A stretch of DNA of 64,000 nt, taken from Thermoplasmata archaeon (GTDB taxonomy: Archaea; Thermoplasmatota; Thermoplasmata; RBG-16-68-12). Below the pieces are notes generated by a model. The model had not been told where the DNA came from. It did no database searches and saw only the letters and a program-made list of their open reading frames with translations. Shown here in pieces: positions 1 to 8,474 of the stretch. A program made the position numbers and the translations under genes. Position 1 is the first letter of the stretch. Every line of letters begins with the position of its first letter. The stretch covers positions 1,408 to 65,407 of the forward strand of contig DATMDM010000037.1 of NCBI GenBank assembly GCA_035557795.1, written 5' to 3'.

Positions 1-2448
1 CGAGGCATCGAGATTTCCGGTCGCGACGAGGGCGAACAGCTGCGGCCCTACCGGCACGTTCGATCCGATGACGCGGACCGTCCAATCGCCCGCGGCCGCG
101 TTCCTCAGGATCACGGCTTCTTCGACGTTGGTTGCGTCGAAGCTCCCGCCCGGCAGCGACTGTCCCTGCGCGAACGGCGCGAAGTGGTTCCCCCGGTACA
201 CGGTCCCGTTCGGGGCAGTCACCTCGAGGTCCAGATCGTTCACGAGGGCCTTCGTCGCGCCGATCGTCCCGGGGTAATCGTTCCATGTCAGGACGAACTT
301 CGCGGGGCCCGCGGAGCTCACGTGGAACGCGTACGCGACGACGTCCCCGGTGAGCAGTCCCGCGGTGCCATCGACCACCTGGGTTTTGAACGTGTCTCCC
401 GCCGCCGAGATCGGGAGGACCTTCGACAGCAGGACTCGCCCGAATCCCTGTTCGTTGTTCGGCCAGGTGTCCGCCGAGGACCGAGCGACGGTCCCGCTCC
501 CGGTGACCTGCTGTCCGGACGCAATGAGGATCGCCCGGATGAGCGCCGCGCTCGGGGTCATCGAGTTGTTCGCGATCGGGGCACCGGAGGGATACCATCC
601 GTCCACGAAGTACTGGCGGATGATCGCCGCCGCGGCGGCCGCGGCCGGCGTCGAGTAACTCGTCCCGGCCCAGTGCGCGTCCGCGAGGCCTGTGCCGCTC
701 GACGGGTCGCCGTCCGACATCGCCGAGTCCCCATCGAAGATCGTGACGATCGTCGGTTTGATCCGGCCGTCGGTGGTCGGCCCGCGGCTCGCCTGCGGCG
801 CCAGGTCGTTCTGGTCGAGGCTTCCGCCGGTGTCCGGGTTGTACGCCCCGCCGACGGCGACCACGTCTTTCGCGGTTGCCGGCGTCCCGATCGTCCCCGC
901 GTTGCTCCCGGCATTCCCCGCGGCGAAGACGATCGTCATGTCCGGATGAGCCCAGACGAATGCATCGACCATCCGCGCTTGGACGTCGTACACGTTCGTG
1001 TCCGCACCCCAGCTGTCGCTGTGGATCCGGACCGGCGCTACCGGATCGTTGTAGACGAGCCCGGCCGGGCCGAAGAGATCGTTGTAGTTCTCCGGGATGT
1101 AGATCAGTCCCTCGTTGGGACAGATCGCGAGGCCCTGGAAACCGCCGACGTCCTGAAGGTAGATTTTCGCCCCCAAGGCGTTCCCATCGTTCGGCGAAGC
1201 GCCGATTCCGTTGTCGTTCCCCGCCAAGGTCGATGCGACCCCGGTCCCGTGGCCGTTCGCACAGTCCTTGATCGAGAACGGATCCCAGGGGCCGCCTCCT
1301 CCAGGCCATGTGAGGGCTCCCGTGAGGACGCCCATGTTCACGTACCGCACCACCTTGCGTCGAGTCACGTCGGTCGTGTTGTAGATGTCCCCGATCGTGA
1401 TCGCCGCGGCACTGTGCCGGAAGGGCGCGCCGTCGTAGTCGAGGCCGGTGTCGGCCATGCCGATGACTTGTCCGGTCCCGTCGAGGCCGTAGGTCCAGTA
1501 CCGGTCGTTCCCCGTGAGGTTCGTCTGGATTACCCAATCCGTCTCTGCGTTGAAGGGATGGACGGGTTGGACTGGATCGATGAACTCGACGGCGGCCTGG
1601 TCCGCGAGCGAGGAGACGAGTCTGGCGGGGATTCGCGCGAGGACCCATCGGAAATCTCCAGTTCCGAACGCGCCCAGAATGGCCGGCCCGGTTCCTGTGC
1701 CCCTGTCCAGCGGGATGCCTGCGTGGCCCAGCCAGGCCTCGATGGTTTCGGGACTTTCTCCCGAGAGGACGACAATCCGGACATTCAGGACGCCACTGGT
1801 CGGTGTCCCCGGTCGAATTTTCCAGGCGGTTTCGTAGGGGCCCACCCAGTCCACGTACTGCAAGGCTGACAGACCTTGAAGGTCCGAGAGCTGACCACGG
1901 ACCACAAAACCATCTTGCGGGACATATCGAAGGAGCGCGAGGCCGCGTGACGCGAGTTCGTCTTGCCACTCCGACTTGACTGGTGCAACGAAGTGAATGA
2001 CACCCACGCTCATCCCGCGAGTGTCCACCGACCACGGGACCGAATGGGACCGCAGCGTCGCGACGTCCACGGCGCCCGCCGCGAATTGAAGCACCGATCC
2101 GCGCTCGAATGGCATCGCGTACCGTCCGTGGGCCCGGAGGATCGCGAGCGTTCCGTCGGAGCCGCGGGCGACGGCGAAGGATGCATACGATTCGAGGAGA
2201 TGCGCGCCTGCCGAAGTAATCTCAGCCTCGGTCGCATCCGTTCGGAACGTCACCGGGCTACCGATCGGGACGGCCTCAGGCACGGCCGGGCGCGGACCGG
2301 AAGAAGGCAGTTGGACGAGGAGGAAAATCGCAACCGCAAGCGTCACGAAAACACGAACGACGAGAAGGGCCGTGTGGGCCTTGCCTCCTTCGGACGCGCA
2401 GGCGGCGGGCCTGTGCCTCGGAATCGCGGGATGCGACGGCGCGCACAT
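1..2448 (-). CDS. Subtilisin-like serine protease (peptidase S8). Partial: the 3' end runs off the window. N-terminal signal/anchor helix and pro-domain-like region.
   Basis: Minus-strand translation shows the S8 catalytic motifs: GQVIGMADTGLDYD (Asp) near 1470, HGTGVASTLAGN (His), AAGNAG (oxyanion Asn) and GTSYSTPAAAAAAAI (Ser) near 640. The ATG at 2448 is followed by a hydrophobic stretch, ALLVVRVFVTLAVAIFLLV. The ORF is absent from the six-frame track only because it has no stop inside the window. The + ORF 184..1869 is its shadow. Confidence 0.8.
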   Translation of the reverse strand, partial: MCAPSHPAIPRHRPAACASEGGKAHTALLVVRVFVTLAVAIFLLVQLPSSGPRPAVPEAVPIGSPVTFRTDATEAEITSAGAHLLESYASFAVARGSDGTLAILRAHGRYAMPFERGSVLQFAAGAVDVATLRSHSVPWSVDTRGMSVGVIHFVAPVKSEWQDELASRGLALLRYVPQDGFVVRGQLSDLQGLSALQYVDWVGPYETAWKIRPGTPTSGVLNVRIVVLSGESPETIEAWLGHAGIPLDRGTGTGPAILGAFGTGDFRWVLARIPARLVSSLADQAAVEFIDPVQPVHPFNAETDWVIQTNLTGNDRYWTYGLDGTGQVIGMADTGLDYDGAPFRHSAAAITIGDIYNTTDVTRRKVVRYVNMGVLTGALTWPGGGGPWDPFSIKDCANGHGTGVASTLAGNDNGIGASPNDGNALGAKIYLQDVGGFQGLAICPNEGLIYIPENYNDLFGPAGLVYNDPVAPVRIHSDSWGADTNVYDVQARMVDAFVWAHPDMTIVFAAGNAGSNAGTIGTPATAKDVVAVGGAYNPDTGGSLDQNDLAPQASRGPTTDGRIKPTIVTIFDGDSAMSDGDPSSGTGLADAHWAGTSYSTPAAAAAAAIIRQYFVDGWYPSGAPIANNSMTPSAALIRAILIASGQQVTGSGTVARSSADTWPNNEQGFGRVLLSKVLPISAAGDTFKTQVVDGTAGLLTGDVVAYAFHVSSAGPAKFVLTWNDYPGTIGATKALVNDLDLEVTAPNGTVYRGNHFAPFAQGQSLPGGSFDATNVEEAVILRNAAAGDWTVRVIGSNVPVGPQLFALVATGNLDAS

Positions 2449-2495
2449 TAGGTTTTTGGCCCAAATTCGGAATCGCGACTCGGCTCTGATCAGCG

Positions 2496-3206
2496 CTACT
2501 CCGCGATGATCCGCGTCGCTTGCAAGATCCCACTCTGGAAAATGAGCGTGTAGTAGTTCGGCGAATGGTTCGTGCCGCGCAGTTTCACGCACCGAATCCG
2601 TCGCTGGATGTTCGCGTCGTCGACGCGTTCCATCTTCGTGTGGATGATTCCGTCGCTGAGATATTCCTCGCCGTTCTTGCCGAAGTCCTCGCTGCCCGGT
2701 TTCATCTCGCTGATCAGGATCGTGGTCGCCTTCAGATCGCGGATCCACTCGAACAGCTGAAAGAGGTCTTCGCGCGGGTTTTCGAACCGCGACATGACCT
2801 CGAGGACCGGGAGCGAATCGACGACGAGGATGTCGTAGTTCATGGAGCGCTTCAGGTTCAGCGCGTACATCTTGAAGATCTCGAGCCACGTGCGGTCGGC
2901 CATCCCGTCCAGGTTTCGACGGATCATGCCGAGGTCCACGATGCTGACCTTGTTCTCGACATCCCGCGGGCTCAGGCTCATCTGGTCCAGGTGGCGCGTG
3001 AGGTTCTCACGACCCTGCTCCAGGGAGATGTAGGTGCCCGGCCTCCCGTCGCGAAGCGCGTTTTGGTAGATCATGTTGAACGCGATCGTGGACTTCATCG
3101 TCCCCGGCTCTCCCGCGAGGAGGACGACGTGGCCCTCCGGGATGCCGCCGCCTAGCTTGTCATCAAAACCGTGGATGAAGGTGCGGATACGGTCTCCTTG
3201 GCTCAT
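2496..3206 (-). CDS. KaiC-like / RadA-paralog RecA-superfamily ATPase
   Basis: Walker A motif GEPGTMKST. The layout matches the ~240-aa archaeal KaiC-like signal-transduction ATPases. Start chosen at MSQGDRIRTFIHGFDDKLGGGIP, which gives a leaderless spacing from a minus-strand TATA (TTATAC) at 3233-3240. Confidence 0.75.
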   Translation of the reverse strand: MSQGDRIRTFIHGFDDKLGGGIPEGHVVLLAGEPGTMKSTIAFNMIYQNALRDGRPGTYISLEQGRENLTRHLDQMSLSPRDVENKVSIVDLGMIRRNLDGMADRTWLEIFKMYALNLKRSMNYDILVVDSLPVLEVMSRFENPREDLFQLFEWIRDLKATTILISEMKPGSEDFGKNGEEYLSDGIIHTKMERVDDANIQRRIRCVKLRGTNHSPNYYTLIFQSGILQATRIIAE

Positions 3207-3232
3207 AGCAAGGCATTCCATTGGAAGGAGCG

Positions 3233-3240
3233 CGTATAAC
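3233..3240 (-). promoter_or_regulatory. TATA-box candidate for the KaiC-like gene, about 30 nt upstream of its ATG (leaderless)
   Basis: cgtataac on the + strand reads GTTATACG on the - strand. The surrounding intergenic 3261-3368 is A/T-rich. Confidence 0.35.
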
Positions 3241-3368
3241 CGTTCCGAGGCCGTTATCACCGGGAGCTAGTCGTCGGCGTATGGAGGAAAACAAAAAAGA
3301 AAGGGGGAGTAAGCGCGAACTGAAAGACGACAGGGCGCCTAGCATAAGATGATTTTTGCACTCGGTCT

Positions 3369-4022
3369 GTGAGCAAAGTTTCGGCTGGAAACGTTTATTT
3401 GTTATCCGGTTTGTTACCAGGTCCGGGTCGGGAGTCGTTGTTTGTCCCTGAGCGCAACCTCAAGGACCTCGTGGTCTCGTACCTTCGCGAACAGGAACGC
3501 TCGATCAGCGCGCTCACGAAACAGCTCCGTCAGGACGGATATCCGTTCCATCGGCTGTTCGTGACGGGGTATCTGAAAGCCCTCGCCGACGCCGGCATCC
3601 TCCGCGAAAAAGAGATCCCGCCCGCGAAGGTCTACGGCACGTCCGCACACCGAGAGCCGAACCTGTACGAGCTCGTGGGTTCCCGGTGCCGCGAGGCCAC
3701 GCGGGATGAGACGGACCAGGTGCGGCTCGCCGTGGCGGTCCTGCAGAAACTCTTTCGTCGTCCAATCTTCCTTCGAGAACTCCGGGAATGCGGCTTCGGC
3801 GGGGCAATCGACGCGCCGCAGCCTCCTCGAGAAGAGCGAGAGGAAGCCCGCCGGGGACTCGTGAAGCTCGGCCTGCCGGTCCCGACGAACGAGCCGGCAT
3901 ACGCCGTGCCAGAGCGTCGGAACGAGGTTCGGGACGAGATCCTGTACGACCTGGTCATCAAGCGGTTCGGGATGGGCGCCCTGGTCCTCGAGACGAAGCA
4001 GATGAAACTGACCGAGCGTTGA
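3369..4022 (+). CDS. Hypothetical protein, possibly a winged-helix DNA-binding regulator. The true start is likely downstream, near 3438 (TTG) or 3471 (GTG).
   Basis: The ORF is in the track. The first ~20 codons are AT-rich with low GC3 and probably belong to the promoter/UTR. The segment LKDLVVSYLREQERSISALTKQLRQDGYPFHRLFVTGYLKALADAGIL looks like a wHTH. It is divergent from the KaiC-like gene. Confidence 0.4.
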   Translation: MSKVSAGNVYLLSGLLPGPGRESLFVPERNLKDLVVSYLREQERSISALTKQLRQDGYPFHRLFVTGYLKALADAGILREKEIPPAKVYGTSAHREPNLYELVGSRCREATRDETDQVRLAVAVLQKLFRRPIFLRELRECGFGGAIDAPQPPREEREEARRGLVKLGLPVPTNEPAYAVPERRNEVRDEILYDLVIKRFGMGALVLETKQMKLTER

Positions 4023-4457
4023 GAGGGAAGCTAGGCCATCGAGGTGGATGCTCAGCTCCGACGCCGGGTGACCCGGATGCGTCCTCGGTCCCGCACCCCC
4101 GCGAGCGTTGGTAGTCCGCGGTGAGGCTGCTCACTTCCGTGCCTGACCCGTTCCCCACGATCGGGACGGGGATCGCCGCTCTCCAGCTGCGATCCCTGTC
4201 GCCTCCAGCCCCGCGGGACAGAACCTCAACGTCGGCATCCGGACCAGCGCCAGACTGGGAGCACCGCCCCCGATTGTCACCGCCCCATGAGGACGATTTG
4301 GGTCTACAAGGGGACGCCCAACCCCCCGGTCAAGCCTAGCGCCGTTCTCAACCAAGACATCGTATTTAGCTTTCTCGGTCTCGATCTCGAGAGCGCGCGG
4401 AACGGAAAGGGTTATGTCGCGGCGGAACTGTTCCTTCACTAGGCGGGGGAGAGGCGG

Positions 4458-7400
4458 TTGCAGCCTTCTGGTGTAGTTCGCGTTCTGATTGTCCTTGCAA
4501 GCGTTGCGGTGGCACTGCCCGGTTTTGCGGCGGCCGCGTCGGGTCACGTTTCGAACGGGACCGTGAGCGGTTCGGCATCGTCTCCGATGAGCGCTCCCAC
4601 GACCACGCAGCCGTTCTTTCCGAACATCCGCGTGACGGACGGAAGTTCGGGCTTCACTGATCAAGTCGAACCGACGATGGTCGTGAACCATTCCGGAACG
4701 ATTTTTGCCGGGTGGAAGGAAACGAATGGCGATACCGCGGCGGGCCTTCGTGTCGGAGCGTCGTACTCGGTTGATCAGGGAGCCACTTGGGCGCCGAACA
4801 TTCTGATGAACCAGTCCCATCCGGGCCAGGGTTGCCACAACTCGGATCCGTGGATGGCCCTCGCGCCCGACGATCGCGTGCAATATGCCTACCTTGAGTT
4901 CGATTGCAATCCGACGGGACTGAATGTCGCGAACACGACGGATGGGCAGACGTGGAGCAGCCCTCACTTCAGGACCGGCGGGGGAGGCCTCACAGACAAG
5001 GACTCGATCACTGTGGATCCGTTCGGCCGGATCTACGCCGCATGGGACGAAGGGAACGAGATGATGGTCAGCTGGTCCGATGACGGCGGCGCGCACTGGT
5101 CCCCGTTCCAGTTTCCCGATGACAATCCTGGCGGCGTCCTCGGCGCGATCATCCAGACTTCGACCAACGGGACCGTGTACCTGACTTGGTGGGACTTCGG
5201 TTCGAACGACATCCTCTTCGATTGGTCCTGGGACCGGGGAATGACTTGGCATCCGGACGTCCGCGTGAACAGCGTTCCGGGCTCGGCGCAAGGGGCCGGA
5301 TCTTGGTCGTTGCCCATGCCGGCCATGGGCGTGGACCCGAACTCGGGGACGATTTACAACATCTGGACGGACAGCCGCGGCGGGGGCCTCGACGTCATGA
5401 TCGCGGCCTCGACGAACGGCGGACAATCGTGGGGCACCAACGTGCGCGTGAACGATGTGACGACCGGCGATCAGCGGATGCCGGATCTCGCGATCGACAG
5501 CGCGGGGACCGTCCACGCCGCCTGGCTCGACGATCGGACCGGCAACCACAACATCTTCTACGCGAACTCAACGAACGGCGGCCAGACGTGGTCCACGAAC
5601 CTCAAAGTCACGGACGAGGAGTCATCGTCTTCGCTCGTTCGTCCTGGCGACTACTTCGCGATTGAGGTCGGACCGCAGAACCAGGCGTACGTCCTCTGGA
5701 CCGACGGCCGCACCTCCGATGGTTCTGACTACGAGATCTACTTCGCGCGCAACCCCGGCTTCCCCGGGGCGACGCTCACCGCTTCCACGAACCCGGCGGG
5801 CCTCAAGGTGCAGATTGACGGAACGACGTACACGAGTCCGGCCCAGAAGGTCGTCGTGATCGGGTCGACGCATTCGGTCAGCACGCCGGATCCGCAGATC
5901 ATCAACCCAACGGCGCGGTACATCTGGACGTCATGGAGCGACGGTGGAGCCCGGACGCATACCGTGACCTTGGACTCAGATTTGACCGTGGCTGCAAGCT
6001 TCAAGAAACAGTTCCAAGCTAAGTTTGCGATTTCTCCGACCGGCCCCACAATTCTCGTCGACAACCAATCGTACGGAGTTCCGGCGACGTTGTGGTGGGA
6101 CCAAGGATCGGCCCATTGGCTCGAAGCGCCATCGCCCCAACTCATCGCTCCGGATTCTCGTTTCGTTTTCGTTTCTTGGAGCGATTCGGGGGCGCGGGCC
6201 CACGGCGTCACCGCGAACGCTGCGGTCGATGCCACCGCGACCTTCCAGCCCGAACGCACCCTCGTGATTGCGACCGACCCCGCGGGGTTGAACTTCACCC
6301 TGGACGGCGGATTGCCGCAAGCGGGGCCTCAGACGTTCTGGCTCGCGCTCGGTTCGACCCACACGATTGCGGTCAATACCCTGCAGGCCGGTGCCCCGGG
6401 CGTCCAGTACCTCTATTTGGAGTGGAGCGACCATGGGGCTCCGTCTCACGCGATCACGATTAGCACCGGCATGAGCGTGACGGCCCGCTTCAAGACACAG
6501 TTCTACCTGACCGTCGTCTCTTCCGATCCCTTGACGACTGGTGAAGGCTGGTGGCCCAGCGGCGCGACGGCCACGGCGGCAATCACGAGCCCGATTCAAG
6601 CCGTGGGGCCGGGGGAACGCCTCGCATTCCACGGTTGGGGCGGCGACGCGACGGGCCCCAATACGACCTCCGACCCAATCTTGATGGATGGTCCGAAGAC
6701 CGCCGTCGCGCTGTTCGGGACCGAGTTCTATTTGGAAGTTCAGTCCACCTACGGGGCTGTCACCGGCACGGGATGGTACGCGTCCGGGTCACCTGCGACT
6801 GCGACCGCGCCTGCGACGGTGCCGGTGTCCTCCGGATCGCGTCGTATCTTCGCGGGATGGAGCGGGGACGCTTCCGGGTCCAGCCCAACGGCGTCCATCC
6901 TTATGGATGGACCGAAGGTCGCGATCGCCAGTTGGAAGCTTCAATACAACCTCCAGATCAACACCCCGTACGGCACGGCATTGACCGCGGGTTGGTACGA
7001 CGCCGGCACGCAGACCATGGCGCGTCTCGACATGGGCACGGTGTCCCTCGGTGTCGGCGCTCGCGCGCTGTTCCAAGGCTGGTACGGAGACGCCTCGGGC
7101 ACCGACTCGTCCGGGTCCTCCTCCATCACGATGGACCGCGCGCACCTCGTCGTGGCCGCCTGGCAAGTGCAATACTATCTCACGGTCGAAACGACATTCG
7201 GCAGCTCTTCCGGGAGCGGGTGGTATGCGAACGGATCGTTCGGACTCGCGTCGGTGAATGCATCGATCATTCCCGTGAGCGGGACGGAGCGCCAAGCCTT
7301 CGCCGGTTGGAGCGGGGACGCGTCGGGAGCATCCGGCGCCTTGTCGAATCCGATCCCGATGGACGGACCCAAGTCGGCGCGCGCGACGTGGAAGGTCGAA

Positions 7401-7727
7401 TACCTCGTCCGCGTGGACAGCGACATTCAGGTTCAGATCGATGGGGGCGGGTGGTATGCCGCCGGGACGCAGGCAACGCTCCGCGCGCCAGAAGAGGTGT
7501 CCTACGGCGGACAGACCTATCGCTTCTCGGGCTGGACCGGCGGCGTGAGCTCCTCCGCGACCGAAGTCTCCGTGACGGTGAACGGCCCACTGGTCGTGCA
7601 CGCGAGCTGGGCGTCGGTGGGGATCCTCGGCGGTTCGACGGTCACATACGGTATCATCGTCGTGATCGTCGTCATCGCGATCGTCATCGCCCTCGTCGTC
7701 GCGCGTTCGCGCCGTCGTAAGGAATGA
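4458..7727 (+). CDS. Large secreted cell-surface glycoprotein: signal peptide, sialidase-like Asp-box (BNR) region, tandem InlB-B-like beta-sandwich repeats, C-terminal TM anchor
   Basis: TTG start with a GGGGGAGAGG Shine-Dalgarno-like sequence upstream. N-terminal signal VLIVLASVAVALPGFAAAAS. Six SxDxGxTW Asp-boxes (SVDQGATW, TTDGQTW, SDDGGAHW, SWDRGMTW, STNGGQSW, STNGGQTW) at about nt 4760-5640. Repeated modules with W(S/T)DGGA and F(A/Q)GW(S/Y)GDASG..MDGPK..A.W at nt 5760-7575. C-terminus IIVVIVVIAIVIALVVARSRRRKE. Many N-x-S/T sequons. The shadow ORF 4131..5549(-) is rejected. Confidence 0.75.
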   Translation: MQPSGVVRVLIVLASVAVALPGFAAAASGHVSNGTVSGSASSPMSAPTTTQPFFPNIRVTDGSSGFTDQVEPTMVVNHSGTIFAGWKETNGDTAAGLRVGASYSVDQGATWAPNILMNQSHPGQGCHNSDPWMALAPDDRVQYAYLEFDCNPTGLNVANTTDGQTWSSPHFRTGGGGLTDKDSITVDPFGRIYAAWDEGNEMMVSWSDDGGAHWSPFQFPDDNPGGVLGAIIQTSTNGTVYLTWWDFGSNDILFDWSWDRGMTWHPDVRVNSVPGSAQGAGSWSLPMPAMGVDPNSGTIYNIWTDSRGGGLDVMIAASTNGGQSWGTNVRVNDVTTGDQRMPDLAIDSAGTVHAAWLDDRTGNHNIFYANSTNGGQTWSTNLKVTDEESSSSLVRPGDYFAIEVGPQNQAYVLWTDGRTSDGSDYEIYFARNPGFPGATLTASTNPAGLKVQIDGTTYTSPAQKVVVIGSTHSVSTPDPQIINPTARYIWTSWSDGGARTHTVTLDSDLTVAASFKKQFQAKFAISPTGPTILVDNQSYGVPATLWWDQGSAHWLEAPSPQLIAPDSRFVFVSWSDSGARAHGVTANAAVDATATFQPERTLVIATDPAGLNFTLDGGLPQAGPQTFWLALGSTHTIAVNTLQAGAPGVQYLYLEWSDHGAPSHAITISTGMSVTARFKTQFYLTVVSSDPLTTGEGWWPSGATATAAITSPIQAVGPGERLAFHGWGGDATGPNTTSDPILMDGPKTAVALFGTEFYLEVQSTYGAVTGTGWYASGSPATATAPATVPVSSGSRRIFAGWSGDASGSSPTASILMDGPKVAIASWKLQYNLQINTPYGTALTAGWYDAGTQTMARLDMGTVSLGVGARALFQGWYGDASGTDSSGSSSITMDRAHLVVAAWQVQYYLTVETTFGSSSGSGWYANGSFGLASVNASIIPVSGTERQAFAGWSGDASGASGALSNPIPMDGPKSARATWKVEYLVRVDSDIQVQIDGGGWYAAGTQATLRAPEEVSYGGQTYRFSGWTGGVSSSATEVSVTVNGPLVVHASWASVGILGGSTVTYGIIVVIVVIAIVIALVVARSRRRKE
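5760..7575 (+). repeat. Intragenic tandem repeats of about 270-290 nt (about 8 divergent copies) encoding InlB-B-like repeat domains
   Basis: Recurrent DNA and protein motifs, for example ttcgcgggatggagcggggacgcttccgg and ttcgccggttggagcggggacgcgtcggg. Protein periodicity is about 90 aa: ..QY.L.V....G.G.GWY..G....A...G.R..F.GW.GDASG....I.MDGPK.A.A.W. Confidence 0.6.
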
Positions 7728-7742
7728 TCCGGGTCTCCAGCG

Positions 7743-8003
7743 TCATTTGGCCCGGTTCATTCGTTGTTCGAGGCGGGCCGCCTTCGTCTTCCGATACCGC
7801 CCAAAGGTGGAGAGGAGCAAGACTCCACCGACGAAGAAAGCACCTGCGGAACACACGAGCCGCCACGATTCCAGGTTCCCCACGAAGAGTCCATTCGTGA
7901 GATTCGCGGTGAAGTAGAAATTGATTGATGTCAAGATGATGAACAGCCCGATCGCCATTGGCGCCCAGACGCCGAGGATCGATCGGACCCGCTCGATGTT
8001 CAT
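7743..8003 (-). CDS. Small membrane protein (2 predicted TM helices), hypothetical
   Basis: ORF in the track. Start set at MNIERV so that its ATG overlaps the NAC stop as ATGA (8000-8003). Hydrophobic segments ILGVWAPMAIGLFIILT and VCSAGAFFVGGVLLLSTF. Confidence 0.4.
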   Translation of the reverse strand: MNIERVRSILGVWAPMAIGLFIILTSINFYFTANLTNGLFVGNLESWRLVCSAGAFFVGGVLLLSTFGRYRKTKAARLEQRMNRAK

Positions 8004-8374
8004 CGGCTCATCAAGCGGATGATCGCTTCCGCGGGCTCGCCGCCGCACTCTTCGAGTGCTTTGCGCGCTTCCGCTTCGGAGACGCCGGCCTTCTCGGCGA
8101 CGAGTTGGACGTCCTCTTCCGGGATCGCCGGTCCCTCGCTCGCATCAGGCTTCTTCGCATCGGCTCGATCCCGGACGATGGGCTCGCCGACGACCGTCCA
8201 GATCTTCTGACCCTGGGCGGTCATCGCCGTGACGTTCGGATCCCGGATCACGTACTCCTTGTTCGCGGTGCGGATGACGACTTCCTCGACGCCCTCGAGT
8301 TCTTCTTGTTCGATGCCCATCCGCTTCATGGCCTGGCGCATCTGCCGCGGGTTGACACGTCCGCCCGGGATCAT
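8000..8374 (-). CDS. Nascent polypeptide-associated complex alpha subunit (archaeal NAC, NAC domain + UBA)
   Basis: MIPGGRVNPRQMRQAMKRMGI...EVVIRTANKEYVIRDPNVTAM..GQKIWTVVGEP...AEKAGVSEAEARKALEECGGEPAEAIIRL. Start placed at M42 of the track ORF 8000..8497 on the basis of the conserved N-terminus. Confidence 0.75.
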   Translation of the reverse strand: MIPGGRVNPRQMRQAMKRMGIEQEELEGVEEVVIRTANKEYVIRDPNVTAMTAQGQKIWTVVGEPIVRDRADAKKPDASEGPAIPEEDVQLVAEKAGVSEAEARKALEECGGEPAEAIIRLMSR

Positions 8375-8444
8375 CGCATCACAGTGGAAAGGATGGTCGT
8401 GACTCGGATAAAGGTTCTGCGCGTCCGAGCTCTCCGTCATATGT

Positions 8445-8452
8445 TTAAATAG
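8445..8452 (+). promoter_or_regulatory. TATA box (TTTAAATA) 27 nt upstream of the ABCE1 GTG start. The ABCE1 mRNA is likely leaderless.
   Basis: atgTTTAAATAgctc seen directly. The spacing is typical of archaeal promoters. Confidence 0.4.
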
Positions 8453-8474
8453 CTCAGGGTTCATCAAATTCACA

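Noticed and set aside
184-1869. 561-aa + strand ORF
   Set aside because: Arg/Pro/Gly/Asp-rich low-complexity translation. It lies antisense to the subtilase gene, whose catalytic motifs are unambiguous, so it is a shadow ORF of high-GC DNA.
4131-5549. 472-aa minus-strand ORF
   Set aside because: Antisense to the Asp-box surface protein. Composition is typical of GC-rich shadow frames, with no motifs.
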